Shown here one piece after another: positions 27,916 to 37,731 of a stretch of 64,000 nucleotides of DNA. Below the pieces are notes generated by a model that was not told the origin of the DNA, did not search any database, and was given only the letters and a program-made list of their open reading frames with translations. Position 1 is the stretch's first letter. Every line of letters starts with the position of its first letter. The stretch is taken from positions 62,001-126,000 of IMG/VR virus record IMGVR_UViG_3300013120_000738; one strand, written 5' to 3'. The position numbers and the translations under genes are program-made.

Positions 27916-28683
27916 TTAGGCTCCCCCCTACCTTTATATCTTTAAAGAATTTTTAAAGTTTAAGTAGGATTTAGCGATCTTGTCACTAAAGAATCACAGA
28001 TAAGCACCATCATCTAATGCCAAGGGGAAGCCATGCGATGGTCGAAATCTGTGTCCACTCTCCCGCCACCGTCATCTCCCTCCCAGGAGACCGGCCGCTC
28101 TATCAGTCTTTGGTGCCTCGGGAGCTTCGAGTTACTTTATTCTCTCATTAAATAGGAAGTCTTGATTAGGCAGATGGGTAGCAACGGGTTCTCCATCTTG
28201 GCTATAGCCTTCACCCTGATTGTTCGTGGCGCATACACGTGGTCGCCGTGCCAAAGCCCGTTGGTCCGGCCCCCGTCAATCATTTATCAAGACCTCCAAG
28301 ACTGCCAGTGTTTCCAAGTCATGCTCTGTCAACATTTCATTTTCAGCGATTCAATAATTCATTTTCAGCGATTTCAACTACCTCGTGAGCACTTTCTTGT
28401 CGGTACACTGGTTAACGTTGGTAAAGAGATTAAAGCCTACGGTCACTCGATCGGTGGCTGAGAGGTTCCACCCCTCATAAACCAGGTGTTCCTTTTAGAT
28501 CGTACATCATGTACTACGGCTAGGGCAGGGGACGCACCTTCGGTGACACCCAGACACAAGGTCATAAAAACACCCTCAAAGAACCTAAATGCTCTAGCCA
28601 ATCGAGCTTAATAGAATACGAACTGTGGCAAATAGGGCCACTATGTTTGGCAAATGCCAAAGCAGTACCAACACTGCCGAGAA
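27916..28683. ncRNA. Candidate large structured non-coding RNA or structured DNA element (unclassified)
   Basis: Longest intergenic gap in the window, visibly GC-richer than the flanks, with many nested complementary pairs (28155-28166/28286-28297, 27995-28001/28047-28053, 28417-28423/28666-28672, 28446-28464/28592-28606). Confidence 0.55.
28336..28373 (+). repeat. Tandem 16-bp direct repeat TTCATTTTCAGCGATT x2
   Basis: Copies at 28336-28351 and 28358-28373 (22-bp period). Confidence 0.9.
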
Positions 28684-28902
28684 CTAAATACGAAGGGCCG
28701 AATCCGACTCAAAAGTGCTATTATCACAGATAGCACAATCACCATTCGGATAACGTGCACAATCAGGGTGAAAAATAACCCTTGGTGTGTTAGTCTTCTG
28801 TAGTTCTACTTCGATCTTTTCCCACATCTCATCGATCGAGATATGGCAGCGGATGAACTCACTTACAAGATAATCAACGAATGTCATTTCTGGATCTTTC
28901 AA
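28684..28902 (-). CDS. Small hypothetical protein
   Basis: 72-aa ORF with HPDC...CAIC. Confidence 0.45.
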   Translation of the reverse strand: MKDPEMTFVDYLVSEFIRCHISIDEMWEKIEVELQKTNTPRVIFHPDCARYPNGDCAICDNSTFESDSALRI

Positions 28903-28973
28903 ATAGCTTCTCTACATGTATTTTCTTATGCTAGCACAATGTACGAAAATAGCATATGTAAAGCACAACAACG

Positions 28974-29240
28974 CTATGGAACGATACACCCATCACATAT
29001 ATGAAGAATCCTGTCCATAAAATCCTCGTCATGTATCGAAATATTATAATGCATTACTCTTTTAGCAGTATCTAGACGGATAATATCTGAATCATCTCGT
29101 ATAGTAATACCAAACATTTCATGGTCCTCATCAATGCCAAATCTAATTATTCGACCATCTACACATTTTATAGCCTTAACAGCAAATATCCAAGGCGTAT
29201 CATAAAGTGCTGCAAAGATAGCTTTAATTATATCATCCAT
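28974..29240 (-). CDS. Hypothetical protein
   Basis: Starts immediately after the sbcD-like stop. Confidence 0.65.
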   Translation of the reverse strand: MDDIIKAIFAALYDTPWIFAVKAIKCVDGRIIRFGIDEDHEMFGITIRDDSDIIRLDTAKRVMHYNISIHDEDFMDRILHICDGCIVP

Positions 29241-30341
29241 TTATACTTCTGCCTCTTCCAAGGCATATATTTCATCAGCTTCTTGAATAACATCTGTATG
29301 TGCAGTAACCAAGACCTTCTCATCTAAATCCTTGGCACCCTTCTCCTTATCCTTCTCATACCAAGACCTGAATATATCCTTTGACGTATCCTGTTGTTCT
29401 TTCTGTACTACCTCCTGGTCTCTCTTCTGGAAAAGACTCATCCAACGAACACCAACAGCTCCCATTCCGGTTAATTGCTGATGGATACTCCGTTTTTCAT
29501 CCGTTGTATAATCACGTTGAATAGCAACCCTGACAACATTTCCACTTATATCTTCTTGTGCCTTTTCCGGCAACAAATCATCAAGTAATGTACAGAATTG
29601 TGGGGCTGGGGCCTCATCCGGCAATAACTTAGCTCCGGCTTTCCATATGTTGATAAATTTGTGATCCCCAGATTCCAAATCAAGACAATAAAAACCATGA
29701 GCTATATCACCCTCATCGAATTTGAAGGGGATTAGTGAACCCGGATAGAAAGTATTATCCCCAATCTGCTGCCTGTTATGGAAATGCCCTGTATAAATCC
29801 TCCTAAAAGGTGAATCATCAAAATTGATTATTGACCAATTCTGAAGGAGAAAGCAAGTATTCATTTTAGCATTACAAACACCCACATGGGTAAAGAGATA
29901 ATCACCATCCTCAGCCCGTTTATTCATCCTTGATAGGACTTTCCTGTAGGATTTCTCGAAGCTGATAAATGGTAATACCCAAAAACGGGTATCATCTAGT
30001 TGAAGTATTTTCAAGTCCTCTATTACTGTAAGGTGCTTTCTAAGTATTTGTAAACTATTGATTTTCCATGAGTACCTGAGGAACATGTCGTGGTTGCCGG
30101 GGAAGACTATCCATTGTTGATTGTATGGATCTTCTGAGACCTCTTCAAAGAACCTTGCAATATGCGAAAGTGTCTCTATATCTAGGGCCTTACGATCATG
30201 AAACAAATCACCAAGGACCACAACAGTGTCAATAGAAGCTACTTTACAGTATTCTCGCAGTACTTTGCAGGCCCATAGAATGTCTCGCAACCTTCCAGGT
30301 ACACCAAAATGAATATCAGCCGTAATAGCGATTTTTGACAT
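29241..30341 (-). CDS. sbcD: Mre11/SbcD-like nuclease (gp47-like)
   Basis: ADIH, LGDLFH, GNHD, FTH, GHFH, YPGS metallophosphoesterase motifs. Confidence 0.92.
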   Translation of the reverse strand: MSKIAITADIHFGVPGRLRDILWACKVLREYCKVASIDTVVVLGDLFHDRKALDIETLSHIARFFEEVSEDPYNQQWIVFPGNHDMFLRYSWKINSLQILRKHLTVIEDLKILQLDDTRFWVLPFISFEKSYRKVLSRMNKRAEDGDYLFTHVGVCNAKMNTCFLLQNWSIINFDDSPFRRIYTGHFHNRQQIGDNTFYPGSLIPFKFDEGDIAHGFYCLDLESGDHKFINIWKAGAKLLPDEAPAPQFCTLLDDLLPEKAQEDISGNVVRVAIQRDYTTDEKRSIHQQLTGMGAVGVRWMSLFQKRDQEVVQKEQQDTSKDIFRSWYEKDKEKGAKDLDEKVLVTAHTDVIQEADEIYALEEAEV

Positions 30342-30388
30342 ATTTCACATCCTAAATAGGGTTCGTAACATATCTACTGGGTTAATAC

Positions 30389-31363
30389 ATGATGAGAGCG
30401 AGAGAAAGAATATCACCGAAAGAAAAGAAAAAGCCTCGGACAAGGTACGTCGAGGACCGTAGGCCCTATATATCTTATTTGAAACCTGGATGGAAAACTG
30501 GTAGAGGTGCTTGTCGTAGATGGGCTGTGGAACCACGATGGATTAGACATGATGAAAAAGACGCAGAATCTGGGCCAGTACCAATATTCCTCGAATACCC
30601 AAATGGCAAACCAAAAAGAGATCCACCAAAGTGGAGTCATCAGGATATATTAATCCTTATTGATTTCTATGCCAGCATAAGCTGGGGTATAGGTAGTAAC
30701 CGCCACCAGGATATGTTAGGACACTGGAGGGAATTCAAAAGGGCTTATATTAGACAAGAGGGTAAATGTGCTATCACCCAATTACCAATATTTGGTGGTC
30801 CTAGTTTAGGTCCTAATGGAATAGGTATAGATTTTATAAGTTATAAAAGAGGGGCTAAAAAGAATGTTAGGTTGACAACCCCTACGATAGCACTAACACG
30901 GTATCGTCGCCCAGTCGTACGAGAACCTAATTATGGTTTCCCGTTTGAAGAAAGAGATTTTGAAGGACAACCAATAACTTATATAATATTCAAGACTTTT
31001 CAACGAGAGATTATAAAGCAAAATCCACTATGTCATTTACCAATAGTAGCATTCATCAGCACATTTGATGAGAAGTATAATGAATTAAATTTCGAATATG
31101 TTCTACTAGAAACTAAGACAAGGGATAAACCATCAATAGATGATTTCAAAAGCCTAAAAACCGAGCACAATACTTTTTGTAGATTTCGTATTCAAGATGA
31201 TAAATTATATCTCACTAAGTGGAAAGTACCATTTCATCGCCCAACGTTCTATCCAAATGATAAGGAAGAAACTAGAATTATTAGATTGGCTGACCCGATT
31301 GATATTATTGCCGAGATGTATAAATGGCTTGTAGAAGCAGCATCTTCAGCAATTGTGGCATAA
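30389..31363 (+). CDS. Hypothetical protein with degenerate HNH-like segment
   Basis: QEGKCAIT.LP...GID...NVRL resembles 2474-3025 but lacks several motif residues. Confidence 0.6.
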   Translation: MMRARERISPKEKKKPRTRYVEDRRPYISYLKPGWKTGRGACRRWAVEPRWIRHDEKDAESGPVPIFLEYPNGKPKRDPPKWSHQDILILIDFYASISWGIGSNRHQDMLGHWREFKRAYIRQEGKCAITQLPIFGGPSLGPNGIGIDFISYKRGAKKNVRLTTPTIALTRYRRPVVREPNYGFPFEERDFEGQPITYIIFKTFQREIIKQNPLCHLPIVAFISTFDEKYNELNFEYVLLETKTRDKPSIDDFKSLKTEHNTFCRFRIQDDKLYLTKWKVPFHRPTFYPNDKEETRIIRLADPIDIIAEMYKWLVEAASSAIVA

Positions 31364-31922
31364 TCGCTCCAAAAATATATTGGAGGATACCATGTTCCAA
31401 GTAGAATTATTATCAATGGGCGATGGACAATCATACGAACATGCTACCGTCTGCGAAGAAGAGGACTTAGATAGGCTTAATATACCAAAACCATTTGAAA
31501 AATGGACAGCATGTTTCTTCGCTAATGGTAAATGTATTGTTTGTCATCACTATAAAATAGCAGTGCTCCACCTCGACAGGCATCAGAGATCTGGCCCAGG
31601 ATGTGTCCATGTCGAGAGGGTATTATTTGCTGGCGATATTAGTTATGCACCAGCACTAATCTTACCAGTAGAGGTCTGGCGATCACATGGCGTACCAGAA
31701 TATTTTGTGAAGGAATATGGATTTGAGGGGCAATTTGTTATCAGTTGTCAACAAGGGACTATAATTACTGCCGACCAGAATGTAGCTAGTATAATCGTAC
31801 AATACCCTAAACACCAAGGTATAACCAGAAGTAAGCACGTTCAAGAATCAGTCGGGAAGACAGTTAAACAAACTGCTGTACCAAACACAGTTCACAGCAA
31901 GATAGAACGGCGTAAGAGATAA
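31353..31922 (+). CDS. Hypothetical protein
   Basis: Likely start ATG 31392 after GGAGG. Confidence 0.7.
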   Translation: MWHNRSKNILEDTMFQVELLSMGDGQSYEHATVCEEEDLDRLNIPKPFEKWTACFFANGKCIVCHHYKIAVLHLDRHQRSGPGCVHVERVLFAGDISYAPALILPVEVWRSHGVPEYFVKEYGFEGQFVISCQQGTIITADQNVASIIVQYPKHQGITRSKHVQESVGKTVKQTAVPNTVHSKIERRKR

Positions 31923-32395
31923 TGCCATATTATAGACGCCCTGAAAAACGACGAGGAACTTGCTTATGGGGTCGTGCAATTGCACTTGATAGACACGGTG
32001 TATATGATGTTGATATGAATACTGAATCAGATGAAGATAATTGGTATCTTAATGATACTGATACTGACTATCCAGACCCGTATTTAGAATCCTTGCAAGT
32101 TCTCGCTCCTATTCTACAACAGAATGATGCTACTGATGCAGAAATAATACTTACATATGAAGTTTATGGAACTGGCCCAGGAGAACCACTTGATTATCAA
32201 TTAGAAGATTATCGTCTTAACATATATCGCCAAGATAAAGCCCAAATGTGCTACAGATTATCAAAAGATGTTGCTGAAGATATAGCAGGCGAATTTGATG
32301 ATGAAATATATGATTCAATAAGAGATACAGAATTACATTATGAAGATATACTTAAGATAGCAGCAATTGTTACGGAAGATCCAAATGCCACATGA
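31922..32395 (+). CDS. Acidic hypothetical protein, tandem paralog A
   Basis: Shares KRRGT..W, HGVY, WYL.D.DTDYPDPY..SLQ.LAPI, LHYEDILK.AA.VTED with the next gene. Confidence 0.85.
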   Translation: MPYYRRPEKRRGTCLWGRAIALDRHGVYDVDMNTESDEDNWYLNDTDTDYPDPYLESLQVLAPILQQNDATDAEIILTYEVYGTGPGEPLDYQLEDYRLNIYRQDKAQMCYRLSKDVAEDIAGEFDDEIYDSIRDTELHYEDILKIAAIVTEDPNAT

Positions 32396-32912
32396 ACGCT
32401 CAGGAAAACGAAGAGGAACCGCCATATGGGCTCTTTATATTGGGCTTGATGAACATGGCGTATACATGAAGATGGATACTGAGCAAGCAGAAAACAGCTG
32501 GTACCTTGATGACGCCGACACAGACTACCCAGATCCATATTATGATTCTTTACAAGCCCTCGCCCCTATTATGCGACGAAACGAAACTCAAGATGCACAA
32601 TTAACACTCACATTTGAGGTTGAAGGGAAACACCCACTGCCTAATCCAAGAGAACCACTCCATTATGAATTAGAAGAATATTGTCTCTTCGACATAGGAG
32701 TTGATCCCCGGTCATATGATGTCCCCGTGAGATCAGATGGTAGTATCCCCGACGATCTCTTAGAAGATGAGGAGATCCCAATCCCTAGAGAAATAGCTGA
32801 AATTATAGCAGATGAATTTGCAGAAGAGATATATGATATAGTAAAAGATACACACCTACATTATGAAGATATACTTAAGGTAGCAGCAACTGTTACGGAA
32901 GACCTCATCTAA
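32385..32912 (+). CDS. Acidic hypothetical protein, tandem paralog B
   Basis: As above; start MPHER inferred from the paralog. Confidence 0.85.
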   Translation: MPHERSGKRRGTAIWALYIGLDEHGVYMKMDTEQAENSWYLDDADTDYPDPYYDSLQALAPIMRRNETQDAQLTLTFEVEGKHPLPNPREPLHYELEEYCLFDIGVDPRSYDVPVRSDGSIPDDLLEDEEIPIPREIAEIIADEFAEEIYDIVKDTHLHYEDILKVAATVTEDLI

Positions 32913-32940
32913 ACTATCGACATATAATCCCCCACCGTAT

Positions 32941-34788
32941 TTGAAGCGTGGAGGTATGCATATGAAATCAAATCCAATAACAGTAGAACCAGACCTACCT
33001 GAAGATGATGGCTTCTCAGTCCACGCCTGGATGCATCTCGACACAGACACAATCGACGAAAGCTTCCCTATGGAATCGTATAGGGAAGGTCAAAAAGATG
33101 CTATCGAATTTGCCGTGGAAGAATTCAATAAAGGAAAACGAATAGTAGTCCTAGAAGCACCGACAGGTAGTGGCAAATCCGCTATTGCTATGACAATAGC
33201 CGAAATGGTACACGACTCATACTACCTAACCATCACCAAACAATTACAAGACCAACTAACGCGCGACTTCAGCGACGTCGTAGAATTGAAGGGTAGAAAT
33301 GCATATCCCTGCACATACTATGGACGCGAAGGACAGAAGTTAGTCGATAGAAAACTACTAAGCACGGAAGAACTCAATGAGTTGAAAGAACAATATCCGA
33401 ATTGTGCTACAGGATTCTGCAAAACCAAACTAAACAGGACTTCCCCCACACAAAAGGCCTATAGGTGTGTACGGTGCTTCACAGTAGAAGGACCACTCAA
33501 GGACGGGAAAATGAGTGGGGAATTAGAAGTATTACCACCTGGATATCAATATAGTGCTTGTCCATATTACGAACAAGTGTATAAAGCACTTGCGGCTCGA
33601 AAAATCACAATGAACTTTTCGAGTTTCCTCTTCCAAACCACCATGACCAAGAGATTTGATAGGGGTGCACGAGATTTACTAATCATTGATGAAGCACATA
33701 ATATTGAATCTCAAATCCTTGACTTCGTATCCTTCTCCATAAGTGACTTGCACTTGCAGAGATATGGAGTATTCATACCAGAACTTGCTACACCGTTTGA
33801 TTATTATATCTGGTTTGAAGAAGCAAAAGTAGCCAAATTGCTTGAAGATGCTATAAAACAGAGCAGAAAAGATGAGAAGCCCAAGCTCGAAGATGAATTG
33901 ATGCGGATATCTAATAAATTCATCATATTTATGAAGCGCATTAGGGCTGCTGGTACCGATACCGCAAACAAGGAATGGGTGTCGGAATATGGTGAGAAGG
34001 GACGTACCACAACACATAGATCAGTCACTATCAAACCTATCTTCGCCCACGAATTCACAGAAGGACTGTTACTCAAGCATGGTGTAAGAATACTCTTGAT
34101 GAGTGCCACTATATTAGATGTAAATGTATTAGCCGGATCTCTTGGTATAGACAAGTCCGAAATCGCTGCCTATAGAATGAAAAATCGCTTCCCCGTCAAG
34201 AATAGACCGATATATTTGGATACTGTGGCGAAAATGACGGGCGGCAAGGGTAATATGGTTAATTGGGCACCCCAGTTGGTAGACGGTGTTAATGGTATAG
34301 TCAGGAATCATGAGGGGGAGAAAGGGATAATACATACGCATAATTTCGCTATTATGGACCATCTCCTAACCAGATGTGATCCAGACGTCTCCGATAGGAT
34401 GCTATGCCAAAGAGACTTCAGAAACAAGACCTTAATGTTGGAGGAACATGCTAATAGGGATGATACAATAATTGTTGCTCCAGCTATGCATGAGGGTATA
34501 GACCTCACAGATGAACTTAGTAGGTTCCAGATTATATGTAAGGTCCCATACGCGAATTTCTTCGAGAGTCCTCAATTAGCGCGTAGGGTTGAGCTAGATA
34601 GACGTTACTATACGTGGATGACAGCACTTAAACTGGTCCAGAGTTATGGTCGCAGTATTCGAAGTGAGAATGATCATGCTGTGACATACATTCTAGATGA
34701 GGCTATATATCGCTTCCTTAGAGAAGCAGACGGCATGCTGCCAGGATGGTTTAAAGAAGCTATCAAAGATTCTCAGACTGATAAATAG
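32941..34788 (+). CDS. DinG/XPD-family SF2 helicase
   Basis: Q motif (REGQ), EAPTGSGKS, LKGRNAYPC, ACPYY, IIDEAH, MSAT, EGID, KVPY, QSYGRSIR..D; likely start 32962. Confidence 0.93.
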   Translation: MKRGGMHMKSNPITVEPDLPEDDGFSVHAWMHLDTDTIDESFPMESYREGQKDAIEFAVEEFNKGKRIVVLEAPTGSGKSAIAMTIAEMVHDSYYLTITKQLQDQLTRDFSDVVELKGRNAYPCTYYGREGQKLVDRKLLSTEELNELKEQYPNCATGFCKTKLNRTSPTQKAYRCVRCFTVEGPLKDGKMSGELEVLPPGYQYSACPYYEQVYKALAARKITMNFSSFLFQTTMTKRFDRGARDLLIIDEAHNIESQILDFVSFSISDLHLQRYGVFIPELATPFDYYIWFEEAKVAKLLEDAIKQSRKDEKPKLEDELMRISNKFIIFMKRIRAAGTDTANKEWVSEYGEKGRTTTHRSVTIKPIFAHEFTEGLLLKHGVRILLMSATILDVNVLAGSLGIDKSEIAAYRMKNRFPVKNRPIYLDTVAKMTGGKGNMVNWAPQLVDGVNGIVRNHEGEKGIIHTHNFAIMDHLLTRCDPDVSDRMLCQRDFRNKTLMLEEHANRDDTIIVAPAMHEGIDLTDELSRFQIICKVPYANFFESPQLARRVELDRRYYTWMTALKLVQSYGRSIRSENDHAVTYILDEAIYRFLREADGMLPGWFKEAIKDSQTDK

Positions 34789-34839
34789 GTTGATCGCCAA
34801 CTATTTTGATCACCGTATTACGAGTCTGGGGAATCTTAT

Positions 34840-36657
34840 ATGTTAGAACTCAAATCCGTCGAGTGGCGTAATTTCTTATCATACGGCGACTACGACACCC
34901 GCCTAGATCTAAGTAGTCTTGGCCAATGCTTGATTACTGGCGAGGTCATAGATGATAGTAAAGACATCTATGATGACGCCAACCCTATGTCTATCCGCAA
35001 ATCAAATGGGGCAGGGAAGTCAACCATACCCAGTGTAATCCAATGGGTGCTATTCGGACGGACAATGCACTCAGCAAACCCCGGCTCGAGAATAGTAAAT
35101 TGGTTCACCGGCAAGGACTGCAGAGCCCGTGTGGAATTCAAAAGTGGTGATAGTATTACCAGGATACGGACTACCACGGGCAACACAGAGTTGATATATG
35201 TCAAGGATGGTAACGAAGAGAAAACCACTGCAAACACCCTATCAACGGCCGTCAACCAACAAGCCCAACTAGCTAGACACTTCAATCTGGATTGGGATTT
35301 CTTCTGCGGCTCCGCATTCTTCAACCAGTATAGCAAACCATGGCTAGAAATGGCCGACCAATCACGGCGAAAGGCCATAGAGAGGGCACTACATGTTGAT
35401 AGGTATCTCTATAGGGCTAAGGTAGCAAAAGGGAAGCATACTGCACTAGAATCAACAATCGAGACAGATAAACAGCGTATTGCCAATATTGAAATAGAAA
35501 TCACTAGATTAGAATCAGTCATAGAAAGACTGAAAGTATCCTCCAGCGAATTTGAACAGGGTAGACAGAAGCGAAAGCAAGAACTTCTGTTACTAGCCGT
35601 AGAAGAGAAGAAAAAGAGAGATGCGATAAAGGTACCAGATCGTGACGCACTACGTAAGAAATGGGCCGTAGTAGAGCAAATCCAAGGAAAACTCAATGAA
35701 CTAGAATCCCAAGAACTGCAACTCTTCAGGGCCATCAGTAAGCTAGAGGGTGACGCCAGATCAGTCCAAGAAAGGATTAATAAATGGGAACAGAAATCTG
35801 GCAAGATGTGTACTAATTGTGAACAGACTATTGCAACAGATCATGTCTCAGCAAGGGTTGAACCACTTCAAACACGATTAGCCCAGATAATGCACCAGAT
35901 AGAGGAATCGAACGAGGAGAGAACTAAATTAAAGAGTACTATCGAACATGTAAAACAAGCTGTGGCAGAGAAGAAACCAGAACACACTGTCAAAGAGGCA
36001 ATAAGAATACATGATGAGTATTGCAGACATGATAGGGAGATGAAACGTCTAAAGACCGAAGCAACTAAAGAAGAGAAAAACCCTCATAAGAGATCCCTAC
36101 AAGAAGCTGAAGAAGGTCTTAAAAAGCAAGAAAAGCTCTTAGTAGGACTACGAGAGAAAGTTGAACAAGACAATTTCTTAGCCCGCCATTATTTCTATAT
36201 CTATAAGGCCTACAATGATCGGAATAAGATCAAGAGTTTTGCCTTCCAGGATCATATTCCCTTTATCAATACTAGGTTAAAGCATTATCTCGATGTTTTT
36301 GGCCTCGATATTGAGGTTTCATTGACATCAACACTTGGTATATCTAGTAATCTATGGGGATATGAATTTGAGTCTGGCGGGGAGCGGAAGAGGACTGATG
36401 TGGCGTTTATGTTGGCGATGTTTGATTTTCATGAGCATATGTATGGTCGCCAGTGTAACGTATTAGTTCTTGATGAGGTTGATGGTCGCTTAGATGATGA
36501 TGGTATAGATTCTCTGATTAATATAATTAAGAGCGATCTTGCTTCTAGGGCTGAATCAATCCTGATCATTTCTCATAAGGATCATATGCAGGATACGTTC
36601 CCGCGTGAGATTAGGGTTGTGAGGACTGAGAGGCTTTCCCATCTGAAGGCGGCATGA
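34840..36657 (+). CDS. sbcC: Rad50/SbcC-like ATPase (gp46-like)
   Basis: NFLSYG, NGAGKST, coiled coils with CTNC zinc hook, SGGE signature, LVLDE, ISH. Confidence 0.94.
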   Translation: MLELKSVEWRNFLSYGDYDTRLDLSSLGQCLITGEVIDDSKDIYDDANPMSIRKSNGAGKSTIPSVIQWVLFGRTMHSANPGSRIVNWFTGKDCRARVEFKSGDSITRIRTTTGNTELIYVKDGNEEKTTANTLSTAVNQQAQLARHFNLDWDFFCGSAFFNQYSKPWLEMADQSRRKAIERALHVDRYLYRAKVAKGKHTALESTIETDKQRIANIEIEITRLESVIERLKVSSSEFEQGRQKRKQELLLLAVEEKKKRDAIKVPDRDALRKKWAVVEQIQGKLNELESQELQLFRAISKLEGDARSVQERINKWEQKSGKMCTNCEQTIATDHVSARVEPLQTRLAQIMHQIEESNEERTKLKSTIEHVKQAVAEKKPEHTVKEAIRIHDEYCRHDREMKRLKTEATKEEKNPHKRSLQEAEEGLKKQEKLLVGLREKVEQDNFLARHYFYIYKAYNDRNKIKSFAFQDHIPFINTRLKHYLDVFGLDIEVSLTSTLGISSNLWGYEFESGGERKRTDVAFMLAMFDFHEHMYGRQCNVLVLDEVDGRLDDDGIDSLINIIKSDLASRAESILIISHKDHMQDTFPREIRVVRTERLSHLKAA

Positions 36658-37085
36658 TGTCTGGACCTCTTTTCAAGTTTGAAAGAATTTGTATCCCGAA
36701 AATAAAGAGACCATTTCCACCGTTAGATATTCGTGAGCTGTTTGGAATGAATCGTGAAAATCATGAGGAAATTCTGAGGGCGGTCTTGCAGATCTTAGCT
36801 AACAGTACTCATAGGTTTAGGTGGGTGCGTGGATGGTTTCATGATCATGCATTGATCTTAGAGGTAAATTCGAATCCTGATAAGTTTTGTGATAGGAGAT
36901 ATAGACTTATAATAAGGGACGGTATGATACTTTGTACCCATAGGCGATTAGATCAATATGGCAGCTTTACTAAAGAGATTGTTGATTGTTTTGAACTTGC
37001 CAACCCGAATAGTTTGGTATCTCTAGAGAAGATTATATTTAGTCACCTATCTAACAACTGGTGTGCCGCAGAAACCAGCACATAG
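36654..37085 (+). CDS. Hypothetical protein
   Basis: ATGA coupling to sbcC; C-terminal ELANPNS motif similar to other small ORFs in the window. Confidence 0.65.
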   Translation: MMSGPLFKFERICIPKIKRPFPPLDIRELFGMNRENHEEILRAVLQILANSTHRFRWVRGWFHDHALILEVNSNPDKFCDRRYRLIIRDGMILCTHRRLDQYGSFTKEIVDCFELANPNSLVSLEKIIFSHLSNNWCAAETST

Positions 37086-37093
37086 AAGATTCT

Positions 37094-37129
37094 TAGGGTT
37101 TGAAAAGCGACTAGGGACCATCAGACTCT
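37094..37129 (+). repeat. 36-bp direct repeat, copy 1
   Basis: TAGGGTTTGAAAAGCGACTAGGGACCATCAGACTCT, identical to 37761-37796. Confidence 0.95.
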
Positions 37130-37711
37130 AATAATACGCACAAGTTCTGAGGGCTCAACAGGCCTCAATAATAAAGCAACTTGTGACCATTTATTTTTAA
37201 GATATTGTGATAAACGCTGGCAAAGCACTACACAATCAATAGTAACTGGTCCATCGCAATGGTGGATAAGATCTCCATACTCACTTAACAAACTCGCATT
37301 AACTTCCCCACTCTTTGAAGATTTAACTCGTTGTAAGAAACACTTGAGATATTGTTCAGCAAATTTAGCCGGTATACCATGCTTACTCAATACTTTTCCC
37401 ACATGCTCAATAGTAGACGATGGAGTTATACCACAATCGGCACCATACTCTTCTGTTTGCCAGTCTAGTAGCGTGGTAATAATAGGTACATTCTCAGCTA
37501 CTAATTCTTCGTGTGGTATATTAAATTCAAGAATATAATTATGACTACCAGCATAGGCGGTGGCTGCAGCACGATCTCCATACGTGAAATATCTGCCCCA
37601 GTAATCGCCGGATTTTATGGCTTCTACGACCTCTACTTCAGTAGCAGTAGTGGTTTCGCCTCGATATAAGTGAGTCGAAGAATCTGACTCTGTGATAGAC
37701 CATAATCGCAT
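37121..37711 (-). CDS. ADP-ribosyltransferase-fold-like protein
   Basis: LYRG...GRYFT....AATAYA....ILEF.IP pattern seen in ART-fold phage proteins. Confidence 0.5.
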   Translation of the reverse strand: MRLWSITESDSSTHLYRGETTTATEVEVVEAIKSGDYWGRYFTYGDRAAATAYAGSHNYILEFNIPHEELVAENVPIITTLLDWQTEEYGADCGITPSSTIEHVGKVLSKHGIPAKFAEQYLKCFLQRVKSSKSGEVNASLLSEYGDLIHHCDGPVTIDCVVLCQRLSQYLKNKWSQVALLLRPVEPSELVRIIRV

Positions 37712-37731
37712 ATCATATGTTTTCGCTGACG

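Noticed and set aside
28162-28461. 99-aa ORF inside the non-coding island
   Set aside because: TTG start without SD, atypical composition and no recognisable motif; it runs across the stems and the tandem repeat.
27916-28683. rRNA gene, tmRNA, RNase P or group II intron
   Set aside because: Only a roughly 20-nt 16S-like match; no tRNA-like ends, RNase P P4 consensus or domain V triad hairpin recognised.
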